Shown here: in pieces, positions 8,271 to 14,903 of the stretch
How positions within the stretch are numbered: the first letter of the stretch is position 1
How the letters are laid out: each line of letters begins with the position of its first letter
From: a virus
Reading direction: 5' to 3' (one strand)
Virus genome (UHGV): UHGV-0136745
Length of the DNA stretch: 24,121 bases
Translations under genes and position numbers: made by a program
Notes under the pieces: generated by a model
The model's input: the letters and a program-made list of their open reading frames with translations, nothing else
The model's database searches: none
What the model was told of the DNA's origin: nothing

Positions 8271-8294
8271 GCTGCCCTCACTAATGAGGGCAGC
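8271..8294. other. perfect 10-bp stem, 4-nt loop hairpin in intergenic gap
   Basis: gctgccctca-ctaa-tgagggcagc; no adjacent U/A tract on either strand. Lies between the acidic-protein gene and the next leftward gene. Confidence 0.6.
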
Positions 8295-8307
8295 ATATGT
8301 TAAGTGG

Positions 8308-8808
8308 TTATTCTTCTTCGAAATACTTGTTCTTAATCGCCGTCAGGCGTTCCAGGTATTCGGCCAGGTCTTCGTCTTTAATCGCGGCAATCTTCATCTT
8401 CTTACCGGTGAACTCTTCCAGCAGTTCATCGGAGTCGTCACACGCGGCATCGCTCGGGCCTTCGTTAATCGCATCGTCGATAGCCTGAATCTGGTCACGC
8501 AGAGACTGGTAATCGACTTCTTCTTTATCCTCTTCCGGCTCTGGCGCAGGATCCTCTACCTTAGCTTTACGTTGCTTGCGCTTCGGTTTCTCTTCTTCCG
8601 CCGGTTTAGTGTCGATAACTTCTTCACCTTCTACCGGGATTTCTTTTGTTACTTCTTCGGCGCACTCGGATACCTCTTCTTTGGCATACACTACCGTCTC
8701 TACTTCTAAAGGCGCTGCAACTTGTGCTGGCTGTTTCGCACTGTTAGCTGCAATCAGTTCATGTGCAACTACGAAACGTTCCAGTAATTTCAGAAATTGT
8801 TCTAACAT
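8308..8808 (-). CDS. highly acidic early protein (166 aa), function unknown
   Basis: Strongly Glu/Asp-rich (e.g. VEDPAPEPEEDKEEVDYQ, SDAACDDSDELLEEF, ends YFEEE). AGGAG SD 8 nt upstream of ATG 8808. First sizeable gene downstream of the leftward promoter at 8998..9026. Confidence 0.6.
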   Translation of the reverse strand: MLEQFLKLLERFVVAHELIAANSAKQPAQVAAPLEVETVVYAKEEVSECAEEVTKEIPVEGEEVIDTKPAEEEKPKRKQRKAKVEDPAPEPEEDKEEVDYQSLRDQIQAIDDAINEGPSDAACDDSDELLEEFTGKKMKIAAIKDEDLAEYLERLTAIKNKYFEEE

Positions 8809-8851
8809 TATTTGTTCTCCTGTTTATAAGTGTAAGTTTTAGATAAATATA

Positions 8852-8965
8852 TCAATTACGTCTATTTATGTAGTCTGATACCGTGTCCTTAACTAGCACA
8901 CATACTACATACATCAGGATTGCTATCGACGCTAGTAATACTATTGTTATGCTATCTGTGTGCAT
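8852..8965 (-). CDS. possible small membrane peptide (37 aa), unannotated in ORF track
   Basis: Reverse-strand ATG at 8965..8963 preceded by GAGAGGAGAG SD. Translation MHTDSITIVLLASIAILMYVVCVLVKDTVSDYINRRN has one hydrophobic helix-length stretch. Lies in the leader between promoter and acidic-protein gene. Confidence 0.35.
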   Translation of the reverse strand: MHTDSITIVLLASIAILMYVVCVLVKDTVSDYINRRN

Positions 8966-8997
8966 TTTGTTTCTCTCCTCTCGTTTGGTATGAGCTA

Positions 8998-9026
8998 ACT
9001 ATAATAGCAAACTATTCACCTGTCAA
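8998..9026 (-). promoter_or_regulatory. sigma70-like leftward promoter (TTGACA-17 nt-TATAGT) with embedded palindrome AATAG-N4-CTATT
   Basis: Reverse complement reads TTGACAggtgaatagtttgctatTATAGT: consensus -35, 17-nt spacer, near-consensus -10. Divergent from the HTH gene promoter. Confidence 0.55.
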
Positions 9027-9029
9027 CGC

Positions 9030-9058
9030 TTTTTATCAAAAAATTAATATGCTACTAT
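9030..9058 (+). promoter_or_regulatory. putative rightward promoter for HTH gene (-10 TACTAT, weak AT-rich -35)
   Basis: gCTACTATTCAcaTATC at 9051..9067 matches the -10 and downstream part of the 12546 and 13921 promoters; upstream is AT-rich (TTTTTA) rather than a good -35. Confidence 0.35.
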
Positions 9059-9089
9059 TCACATATCAATCAGCTAAGGAGTAACCATT

Positions 9090-9314
9090 ATGCAACAGTC
9101 ACCAATTGGCGCTCGTATGGAGCAACGCCGTAAAGAGCTTGGCCTGTCCCAGCGCCGTTTAGCTACTCTGGTCGGCGTTTCCCAGGGGGCGATTAACCAA
9201 CTTGCCCTCGGCGTAACTCAAGATGTCCGTCGCACCACTCTGTTTAAACTTGCGGAAGTTCTCGAAGTTAAGCCAGAGTGGTTAGCTTTCGGTGACCAGA
9301 CTCAAGGGGCTTAA
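9090..9314 (+). CDS. HTH-XRE family transcriptional regulator (Cro/CI-like)
   Basis: 74 aa; ELGLSQRRLATLVGVSQGAINQLALG is a classic XRE helix-turn-helix. AAGGAG SD upstream. Only rightward gene in this region. Confidence 0.85.
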   Translation: MQQSPIGARMEQRRKELGLSQRRLATLVGVSQGAINQLALGVTQDVRRTTLFKLAEVLEVKPEWLAFGDQTQGA

Positions 9315-9329
9315 CGCCCCTTTCTTTTT
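9305..9329 (+). terminator. intrinsic terminator after HTH gene
   Basis: AGGGGC-ttaac-GCCCCT stem-loop overlapping the stop codon, followed by TTTCTTTTT. Confidence 0.55.
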
Positions 9330-9331
9330 AC

Positions 9332-11596
9332 CTATTCCAAATCCTCCTCAGTCACTACCAGCATTTCGTTCGGTTCGTACACGGTCTTCGGTATCTTGCT
9401 GTCGTTAATCCTGGTGTTTAGCCTGTATCGCCCAGGTATTATCTGATTGTTCTCGTCAGTACCGGGTACAAGATATCCTGCTTCAACCATTTTCTTAATC
9501 TTACCGCGCTCTATAGCTTCCTTAGAGTTGAACGCCTTTGCATTAGGGTCAGACTGCGCAAGCTTATTAGCTGCGGCTACTGTGATACCTTCGTTGCCGT
9601 TGTAGGTTCCCTCCGCCAGTTCAAACGCAGCCAGTATCGTGGCTTCTGAACTGTTTACTGCGTTCTCTACGGTTTTTCGTACATTTTCTTTACCTTCCTT
9701 TGTCAGCCCTTCTTCCTTCTCTTTCTCTTCGTCAGTCTTGAATGGCTCAAAGCCCCACGGCATCAACACGAGCGCCTTATGTGGCTCCGGTAGGTCGAGG
9801 TTTACGATTGTGCCGTATTCCTCGGTGCTGCCGATGAATTCTACCGCGCGGTACGCCTTCGGAGGAGGGGCTTCACGGAACTGTACTGACTCCAGCACCA
9901 TGCCAATCGTTTTCTGTTGCGGCCCGTGCTTAAATTTAGTGTGTGACACGTTAATCTGGCGGTCGGTTGCACGTTCAATTGTCAGTTCCACATCGACACC
10001 CGCATACAGCGCACCACTGCCACGGGCTTTCTTTCCACCTTTTGGCGTGTGATGGACCACACCAACGGCGGCTTTAGTCGCGTCGCGGACTTCTTTCAGT
10101 ATGGCTATAACTTTACCCATACCGATTGCCGTTGATGAACTATTCTCGTCGAACTTATCAATCGTCAGGGCCAGCGTCTGGTTAAGGGTGTCGAACGCAA
10201 CCATGCCAATTGGCTCATCGCCAGCAGTTTCGCGCATCAGCTTAATCAGGCTTTTCAGTTTGCCGACGTCGCCCATATCGATAACGTGGATGTAGTTCTT
10301 CCCTTCCTCTCCGTACTTAGCCGCGAGCGCATCAATACGTGTGCGCGTAGCTGCACCGCCCTCACCATCGATATAAAAGTGATGGCAGCGTTGGGTGTCC
10401 GCACCTGCAAACCGATATCCGGCAGCGCTCAGGTACATCATGCCAAGGGTGTAGAAAGACTTATATGTGCCGGACTCACCGACAATATCCCAGATACAGT
10501 CCGACGGCATATAGCCCTCGACGACGAAATCGGCCTTTACCGGTTCCGGTAAATCGTCTTCCTCAGAGTCGTCGTCTTCCAGGTCGTCAAGGCTACATTC
10601 GACCGTTTCACGTGCACCCCAGCCGATGGCCTCAGCGACTTCACTGAACGGCAGCCCTGTCGCTTCGCAAGCGTATTTCCACACCTCTTTCGGCGACATC
10701 CCCTCTGTTGCCGTTAGGTCGGTGTCGTGAATCATGGTTACGTTAGGCGCAGCGTAGCCCTCGCGCGGGAAGCACAGCAGGAAATCATCCGGGCGCGGTG
10801 TCGGGTCACTGTAGTTCTCGGCGTGCTCAGGCGTCGCTGGCATCTTCAGACCACGTGGTGTAATGACACCGCCATACTCGAATGCCAGTGCTTCGAACGC
10901 GTCCGTAAACGCTGTGCGCAGTTCTTCCGGTATCTGGTAGTCGGATGCGCTGCTTACCTCGTAATCCGGGACTCCTTCCAGCAGACGGTCAGGGTCAATC
11001 ATGCCATTTCGGCGAGACCAGACGACCTCAGAGTTAACTGGCGGCAGGTACATCGGCTGGGACAGGGTAAACCCGCTGCGGTCAGCACCCATGCCTTTAA
11101 AGAAGTGCTCCAGCAGCCCGTGGCGGACGCGGATGATATCACCACCCTCTACCGGACGCGCCAGCGGCATGACGACACGGAAACGCGGTGATTCGTCGGT
11201 GTGTGATGCCGTGGTGTAAAGGCACATTGCTACACGGCTGCGCTTAACCAGACGCACAGCTTCCTGATACTCTTCTGGCGTCGCGCTGTCAAAATCCAGA
11301 TAAGCCAGTGACGATTTACTTACTGACGCGTCACAGCGGTAGAAGAAGCCCCGTCTCGCCTGTTTAAACTCGCCCGTTTCCGGGTCTTTCACGGTGCTGT
11401 GTGTTGAGCCGCACGCGGCAGTAATGTACCCCGGCGCGGTCTTTGGGTTAATCCCGTCACGAACGGCGTCAAGTGGCTGGATTAACTCTTTAAGGTCGTC
11501 CAGTGTTGCCGTGTGAGTGGTTCTGACGTTTATATCCTTTTTCTCCGCCCGCGCGTTGCGGCGAGACCATGAATAGGATAAAATTACATCGGACAT
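9332..11596 (-). CDS. DNA primase/helicase (primase-polymerase N-terminal region plus RecA-fold helicase domain)
   Basis: 754 aa. Walker A-like VGESGTYKSF, later VVHHTPKGGKKARGSGALYAGVDVEL (RecA/DnaB-like helicase motifs), acidic linker (DDLEDDDSEEDD). Size and position fit phage primase-helicase fusions. Confidence 0.8.
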   Translation of the reverse strand: MSDVILSYSWSRRNARAEKKDINVRTTHTATLDDLKELIQPLDAVRDGINPKTAPGYITAACGSTHSTVKDPETGEFKQARRGFFYRCDASVSKSSLAYLDFDSATPEEYQEAVRLVKRSRVAMCLYTTASHTDESPRFRVVMPLARPVEGGDIIRVRHGLLEHFFKGMGADRSGFTLSQPMYLPPVNSEVVWSRRNGMIDPDRLLEGVPDYEVSSASDYQIPEELRTAFTDAFEALAFEYGGVITPRGLKMPATPEHAENYSDPTPRPDDFLLCFPREGYAAPNVTMIHDTDLTATEGMSPKEVWKYACEATGLPFSEVAEAIGWGARETVECSLDDLEDDDSEEDDLPEPVKADFVVEGYMPSDCIWDIVGESGTYKSFYTLGMMYLSAAGYRFAGADTQRCHHFYIDGEGGAATRTRIDALAAKYGEEGKNYIHVIDMGDVGKLKSLIKLMRETAGDEPIGMVAFDTLNQTLALTIDKFDENSSSTAIGMGKVIAILKEVRDATKAAVGVVHHTPKGGKKARGSGALYAGVDVELTIERATDRQINVSHTKFKHGPQQKTIGMVLESVQFREAPPPKAYRAVEFIGSTEEYGTIVNLDLPEPHKALVLMPWGFEPFKTDEEKEKEEGLTKEGKENVRKTVENAVNSSEATILAAFELAEGTYNGNEGITVAAANKLAQSDPNAKAFNSKEAIERGKIKKMVEAGYLVPGTDENNQIIPGRYRLNTRINDSKIPKTVYEPNEMLVVTEEDLE

Positions 11597-11654
11597 GTGT
11601 ATATTCCTTCAGCAAGTAATTTGGCCTCGGCGTTCACCGCGTCGGGGCTTTCTT

Positions 11655-11945
11655 TTAACGTTTAGCCAGACATTCCATTAAATGTGAATATTTTCTGTAA
11701 TAGCAAGGAACTAAATCACACCCAAAATAATGATAAACATAATCCAAGTGGTCGGTAACATCTATAGCGGCCGACATTGTGCTAAGACGGCGAAGGCTAA
11801 TCAACTGTAATTCTTCCGTAATGCAAAATGGCTCATACGTATCAAGTTTGCAAGAAACGTTAAAACACAGAGCATAGCCGTCTTGTGCGGAGTGGACCAG
11901 AAATGCACTGTCGTTCTCTTTATCGTGAAAAATTACACCTTTCAT
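11655..11945 (-). CDS. hypothetical protein (96 aa)
   Basis: ORF in operon orientation; start overlaps stop of upstream AlpA-like gene (ATGA). No recognisable motif. Confidence 0.45.
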   Translation of the reverse strand: MKGVIFHDKENDSAFLVHSAQDGYALCFNVSCKLDTYEPFCITEELQLISLRRLSTMSAAIDVTDHLDYVYHYFGCDLVPCYYRKYSHLMECLAKR

Positions 11946-12112
11946 CTCACATTCTCCTTAACCCACGCTTCTACTTTATTTCGGTCAAACGTACCCGGCA
12001 TACGGCGGCCCATTACTTTAACGCTGCAATCAGGGAACTTCCCGCTTTTAATCCAGTTGTTTATTGTCTGGCGAGTAACTCCGATTAATTCTGCAACCTC
12101 GTTTATAGTCAT
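11942..12112 (-). CDS. AlpA/excisionase-family HTH DNA-binding protein (56 aa)
   Basis: MTINEVAELIGVTRQTINNWIKSGKFP is the AlpA/Xis-type HTH signature. Start at internal ATG 12112 with AGGAGA SD; track ORF extends to 12184 with an implausible Cys-rich N-terminus. Confidence 0.65.
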   Translation of the reverse strand: MTINEVAELIGVTRQTINNWIKSGKFPDCSVKVMGRRMPGTFDRNKVEAWVKENVR

Positions 12113-12522
12113 TTCACGCTCTCCTGTGTAAGATGTAGTGAAGTATAAAGCGGTAACTTTGTAAAAGCAACCAAAACAACACACAAAGCACTAAGATACA
12201 AAAGATGCTACTGGTATTGACTTTTACTTAAAAATATGCTAAGCTTCACTGAGCTTGTGAGATATCGCAAGCGACCGCGGAGCGGCAGGGAACGCAACGC
12301 GTGCCATCAGGCACTTGAGTGTAGTTCCGCTGGCGCTTTCGGAAGGGCCAAAGTCTATTGTTAATCACGCCTAAATACCCAAGTCACTGATAATTAAAGT
12401 TTCTATAGTTGCCGTAAGCAAGGTAGCGAGTACTTCACTCCGCTGGGGTGGGCTAACGCCCACCCACTGCGTTGCGTACTCTTTTAAGAAAACGAAGAAT
12501 CACAACGGCAACGAATCTTCGC

Positions 12523-12551
12523 TTGCACACCCCAATATAATAGGCTACTAT
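12523..12551 (+). promoter_or_regulatory. rightward promoter (TTGCAC-17 nt-TACTAT) with embedded palindrome AATAG-N4-CTATT
   Basis: cTTGCACaccccaatataataggcTACTATtcacttatcgaaacgag; about 45 nt are near-identical to 13896..13940. Precedes the first small-gene operon. Confidence 0.45.
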
Positions 12552-12585
12552 TCACTTATCGAAACGAGACAGATGAGTGGGGGTT

Positions 12586-12777
12586 ATGTTTAAGAAGGGT
12601 CAGTTGGTGCGAACCGCAGACGGCATCTATGGAGTTATCGAAAAAGAGAGTACTGTGTATCGAAGGTCGTATATAGTCCGTTCTCTTTATATCAGCGGGT
12701 CAGTATCTGTGCTGGTTTGCGACATAAATGAGCTACTACTCATCGGCAACAATTTTAAATTCAAAGGGGCGAAGTGA
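12586..12777 (+). CDS. hypothetical protein (63 aa)
   Basis: ATG 12586 preceded by GAGTGGGGG; alternative GTG at 12577. First gene of rightward operon. Confidence 0.5.
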   Translation: MFKKGQLVRTADGIYGVIEKESTVYRRSYIVRSLYISGSVSVLVCDINELLLIGNNFKFKGAK

Positions 12778-12980
12778 TGGAAGAATTATTTGAAGAACTG
12801 AAACACCATGAACTGGAAGAAGTGCATTTCCGGGTAAACAGATACGAAGTTGTTATTTTAGGTGGGGTAACAATTATCACAGCTTCTGCGGGAAGAATGC
12901 TTCATAGTTTACGTTCCATACGAACGACATCGAATCATGATGCCAGTGCCGACGACTCTGAGGGAGGTTGCCGTGAATAA
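12774..12980 (+). CDS. hypothetical protein (68 aa)
   Basis: Start overlaps upstream stop (GTGATGG). Acidic N-terminus. Confidence 0.5.
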   Translation: MMEELFEELKHHELEEVHFRVNRYEVVILGGVTIITASAGRMLHSLRSIRTTSNHDASADDSEGGCRE

Positions 12981-13028
12981 TTACACGTTTATTTTAATTG
13001 TCAGCGCCGTTTGTGTGGTGCACGCGTT

Positions 13029-13232
13029 ATGGGGGCTGGTGTGGGGATTCGAATAATCGACGTTGATTATGTTCTTCCGCCGGGTTATGGCGACCATTCA
13101 CTGCGCTACTTTGGCGTCTCCGTCGGAGATGAGTTCGAGGTTATAACTTATAACGATTACGGGTGCACCGTTGAGCATTGCGGGGAAGAACTGTACGTGC
13201 GTCGACGTGAATATGTGATTCTGGAGGGCTAA
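13029..13232 (+). CDS. hypothetical protein (about 67 aa)
   Basis: Track ORF 13011..13232 begins at TTG; first in-frame ATG is 13029. Start ambiguous; overlaps a candidate 27-aa hydrophobic ORF at 12973..13056. Confidence 0.4.
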   Translation: MGAGVGIRIIDVDYVLPPGYGDHSLRYFGVSVGDEFEVITYNDYGCTVEHCGEELYVRRREYVILEG

Positions 13233-13235
13233 GTT

Positions 13236-13379
13236 ATGAGAGAAGCATTTGAACGCTGGGCCGTCGTCGAGGGGTTGCCTGTTAACAAGGGTTCGAAGAA
13301 AGAGTACCTGAACGTTAAGACGCGTCTTGCGTGGCGTGCGTGGAAAGCTGGGGTTTTGTTTATCACGAATCAGAGGTGA
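13236..13379 (+). CDS. hypothetical small protein (47 aa), unannotated in ORF track
   Basis: ATG 13236 preceded by GGAGGG; translation MREAFERWAVVEGLPVNKGSKKEYLNVKTRLAWRAWKAGVLFITNQR; stop 3 nt before the next gene. Confidence 0.4.
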   Translation: MREAFERWAVVEGLPVNKGSKKEYLNVKTRLAWRAWKAGVLFITNQR

Positions 13380-13382
13380 GTT

Positions 13383-13586
13383 ATGGGCGAGTGGATTAAG
13401 TGTAGTGAGCGGATGCCGGAAGAAACGGGAGACATTATTGTTTGTTGCTTCGACGGCATAGTAATGTCCGGGATTTCTTACTCACGGAGTAAAGGGTTCT
13501 TCATAGCTGCGTTGGAGTATGACGATGATGAGCCGATTGACGATGTAGTCTACTGGATGCCGTTACCAGAGCCGCCGGAAGTGTGA
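13383..13586 (+). CDS. DUF551-like phage protein
   Basis: MGEWIKCSERMPEE...VVYWMPLPEPPEV: N-terminal W-x-x-C-x-ER-x-P and C-terminal WMPLPEPP are as I recall them for DUF551. GAGGTGA SD. Confidence 0.55.
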   Translation: MGEWIKCSERMPEETGDIIVCCFDGIVMSGISYSRSKGFFIAALEYDDDEPIDDVVYWMPLPEPPEV

Positions 13587-13628
13587 TGTTATATTGTAAC
13601 AATAGTTTGGGATTTTACTGAGTGACTT

Positions 13629-13666
13629 ACGCTGCTACACAGCAGCGTATCATTTTTCTCATTTTT
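13629..13666 (+). terminator. intrinsic terminator
   Basis: Perfect 8-bp stem ACGCTGCT-acac-AGCAGCGT followed by atcaTTTTTctcaTTTTT. Confidence 0.6.
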
Positions 13667-13719
13667 GTTCTATTTCACGAAACGCAACAATCGAAGCGAC
13701 TATTGCAGGAGATGCAACA

Positions 13720-13890
13720 ATGAAACCAAATGACATCGTAACCTGGGTCGGGCGTAACGGAGAAAAGCGATTCGGTCTTATCGTAGCTACCAACGGCAAC
13801 ACGTATCGGGTTATGCGCTGGCGACAGTGGGCTAAGAGGCCGAGGTACTACTGGATTAGAGAAGAGAGACTTTCTCTTAAACACCAATAA
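13720..13890 (+). CDS. hypothetical small basic protein (56 aa), unannotated in ORF track
   Basis: ATG 13720 preceded by GCAGGAG; translation MKPNDIVTWVGRNGEKRFGLIVATNGNTYRVMRWRQWAKRPRYYWIREERLSLKHQ. Preferred over antisense ORF 13675..13887, which lacks an SD and opposes operon direction. Confidence 0.4.
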   Translation: MKPNDIVTWVGRNGEKRFGLIVATNGNTYRVMRWRQWAKRPRYYWIREERLSLKHQ

Positions 13891-13897
13891 AATTTAC

Positions 13898-13926
13898 TTG
13901 CACACGTAGATATAATAGACTACTAT
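13898..13926 (+). promoter_or_regulatory. rightward promoter (TTGCAC-17 nt-TACTAT) with embedded palindrome AATAG-N4-CTATT
   Basis: cTTGCACacgtagatataatagacTACTATtcagttatcgaaacgag; near-identical to the 12523 promoter cassette. Confidence 0.45.
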
Positions 13927-13957
13927 TCAGTTATCGAAACGAGAGGAGAGACAGAGC

Positions 13958-14101
13958 ATGAATAACAAACCGGTACAAGAACCATCACGCGAGGTACTAG
14001 AGTTCTACGCATTGTCACCTAGGAATACCCGTGAACGCCAGACCGCTCGGTTATTACTGGAACTTATGAACAGAGAGGCTAAAAATGCAGAACGCAAATG
14101 A
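13958..14101 (+). CDS. hypothetical small protein (47 aa), unannotated in ORF track
   Basis: ATG 13958 preceded by GAGAGGAGAG; translation MNNKPVQEPSREVLEFYALSPRNTRERQTARLLLELMNREAKNAERK; 3' end overlaps next gene start. Confidence 0.4.
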   Translation: MNNKPVQEPSREVLEFYALSPRNTRERQTARLLLELMNREAKNAERK

Positions 14102-14522
14102 CGCAGTAATCGAGTTCCTGCTTAACCAGTTACGGCAGCAGCTAACGAAAAACCCATACAAGCAACAGTGCGAAGACCTGGCCCATGAGGTGTTGTCGCT
14201 CAAGAACCAGTTACGTGATGCTTCGGCGCTGGCGGCTGAGTTGCAGAAAGAGCTTGAGCACACAGGCAGTGAGTATCGACGCGCGATTGATTACGCTCTT
14301 AGCGATGCGCCTGAGCAATCTGGCTGCCGTAAAAATGATACCCAGGAGTGTTATCATAACTGGCGATTTGTTGGCGGTAAGTCACCGGCTGTATGTGTTA
14401 ATTGCGGTGTGACTAAGTCAGAAGGATGTGCGCACGATTGGAGGGTTGTGCAGTATTGCGCGGGGGTAGAGACGGATAAGTGTCGTATTTGTGGGGGAGA
14501 AAAAGAGGTTCACTACGAATGA
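14085..14522 (+). CDS. hypothetical protein with helical N-terminal half and Cys-rich (zinc-ribbon-like) C-terminal half
   Basis: 145 aa; C-terminal CYHNW...CVNCG...C...C...CRICGG suggests metal binding. AGAGG SD. Confidence 0.55.
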   Translation: MQNANDAVIEFLLNQLRQQLTKNPYKQQCEDLAHEVLSLKNQLRDASALAAELQKELEHTGSEYRRAIDYALSDAPEQSGCRKNDTQECYHNWRFVGGKSPAVCVNCGVTKSEGCAHDWRVVQYCAGVETDKCRICGGEKEVHYE

Positions 14523-14719
14523 CCACACTCCTTTTCATCTGGACTTTGACCGCGGGCCAGTTACAACTAGCGGCAACAGAAACGTTTTACTCACTTGAGG
14601 CGTGCCAGGCTGCAGCACGCAACGCAGAGAACGCGCACTTCCTGTTTCAGGATAAGCCGATTGATACTGAGGTGCGCGCAACATGTTCAACGAAGCGATT
14701 AGGTAAGCAGGAGAAATAA
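14519..14719 (+). CDS. hypothetical protein with N-terminal hydrophobic (signal/anchor-like) segment (66 aa)
   Basis: Start ATG 14519 overlaps upstream stop (ATGA); MTTLLFIWTLTAGQLQLAA is hydrophobic. Confidence 0.45.
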   Translation: MTTLLFIWTLTAGQLQLAATETFYSLEACQAAARNAENAHFLFQDKPIDTEVRATCSTKRLGKQEK

Positions 14720-14720
14720 G

Positions 14721-14903
14721 ATGGTACAGAGATACGAAATAGCCGGGAAATATATGGTGTACCCAAAAGACGAGGGGCGAATTGTTTTATACGAAGACTA
14801 CGCGAAACTCGAAGCCGAGTTACAGAAATACAAAGACCAGTTCCCAGATTACGTAGAGTGTCCGAATTGTGGGTCGTTTACACATGTGGAAGGGGTGGAA
14901 TGA
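14721..14903 (+). CDS. hypothetical protein (60 aa) with CPNCG motif
   Basis: GCAGGAGAAATAAG upstream of ATG 14721; single CxxC. Confidence 0.5.
   Translation: MVQRYEIAGKYMVYPKDEGRIVLYEDYAKLEAELQKYKDQFPDYVECPNCGSFTHVEGVE

Noticed and set aside
9639-11219. Plus-strand ORFs inside the primase/helicase gene (9639..10052, 10101..10295, 10286..10552, 10465..10647, 10727..11191, 11001..11219)
   Set aside because: Antisense to a 754-aa ORF with helicase motifs; Ser/Arg-rich translations.
11695-11715. Partial match (aatagcaaggaactaaatca) to the AATAG-N4-CTATT promoter palindrome
   Set aside because: Degenerate second half-site, no flanking -35/-10 hexamers, and it lies inside a coding region; likely coincidence.
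11883-12131. Plus-strand ORFs 11883..12131 and 11885..12088
   Set aside because: Antisense to the AlpA-like HTH gene and the 96-aa gene, which are translationally coupled to each other; no SD.
12215-12245. TTGACT hexamer at 12215..12220 as a promoter -35
   Set aside because: No acceptable -10 at 16-18 bp spacing (TAAGCT at best); left as unassigned.
12240-12420. Possible tRNA or tRNA-like gene in the long non-coding region
   Set aside because: No acceptor-stem pairing and no GTTCNANNC T-loop found by eye; the hairpins do not assemble into a cloverleaf. Would need a tRNA scanner to exclude formally.
13675-13887. Minus-strand 70-aa ORF
   Set aside because: Opposes the direction of the surrounding operon and lacks an SD; the plus-strand 56-aa ORF at 13720..13890 with a GCAGGAG SD explains the region better.
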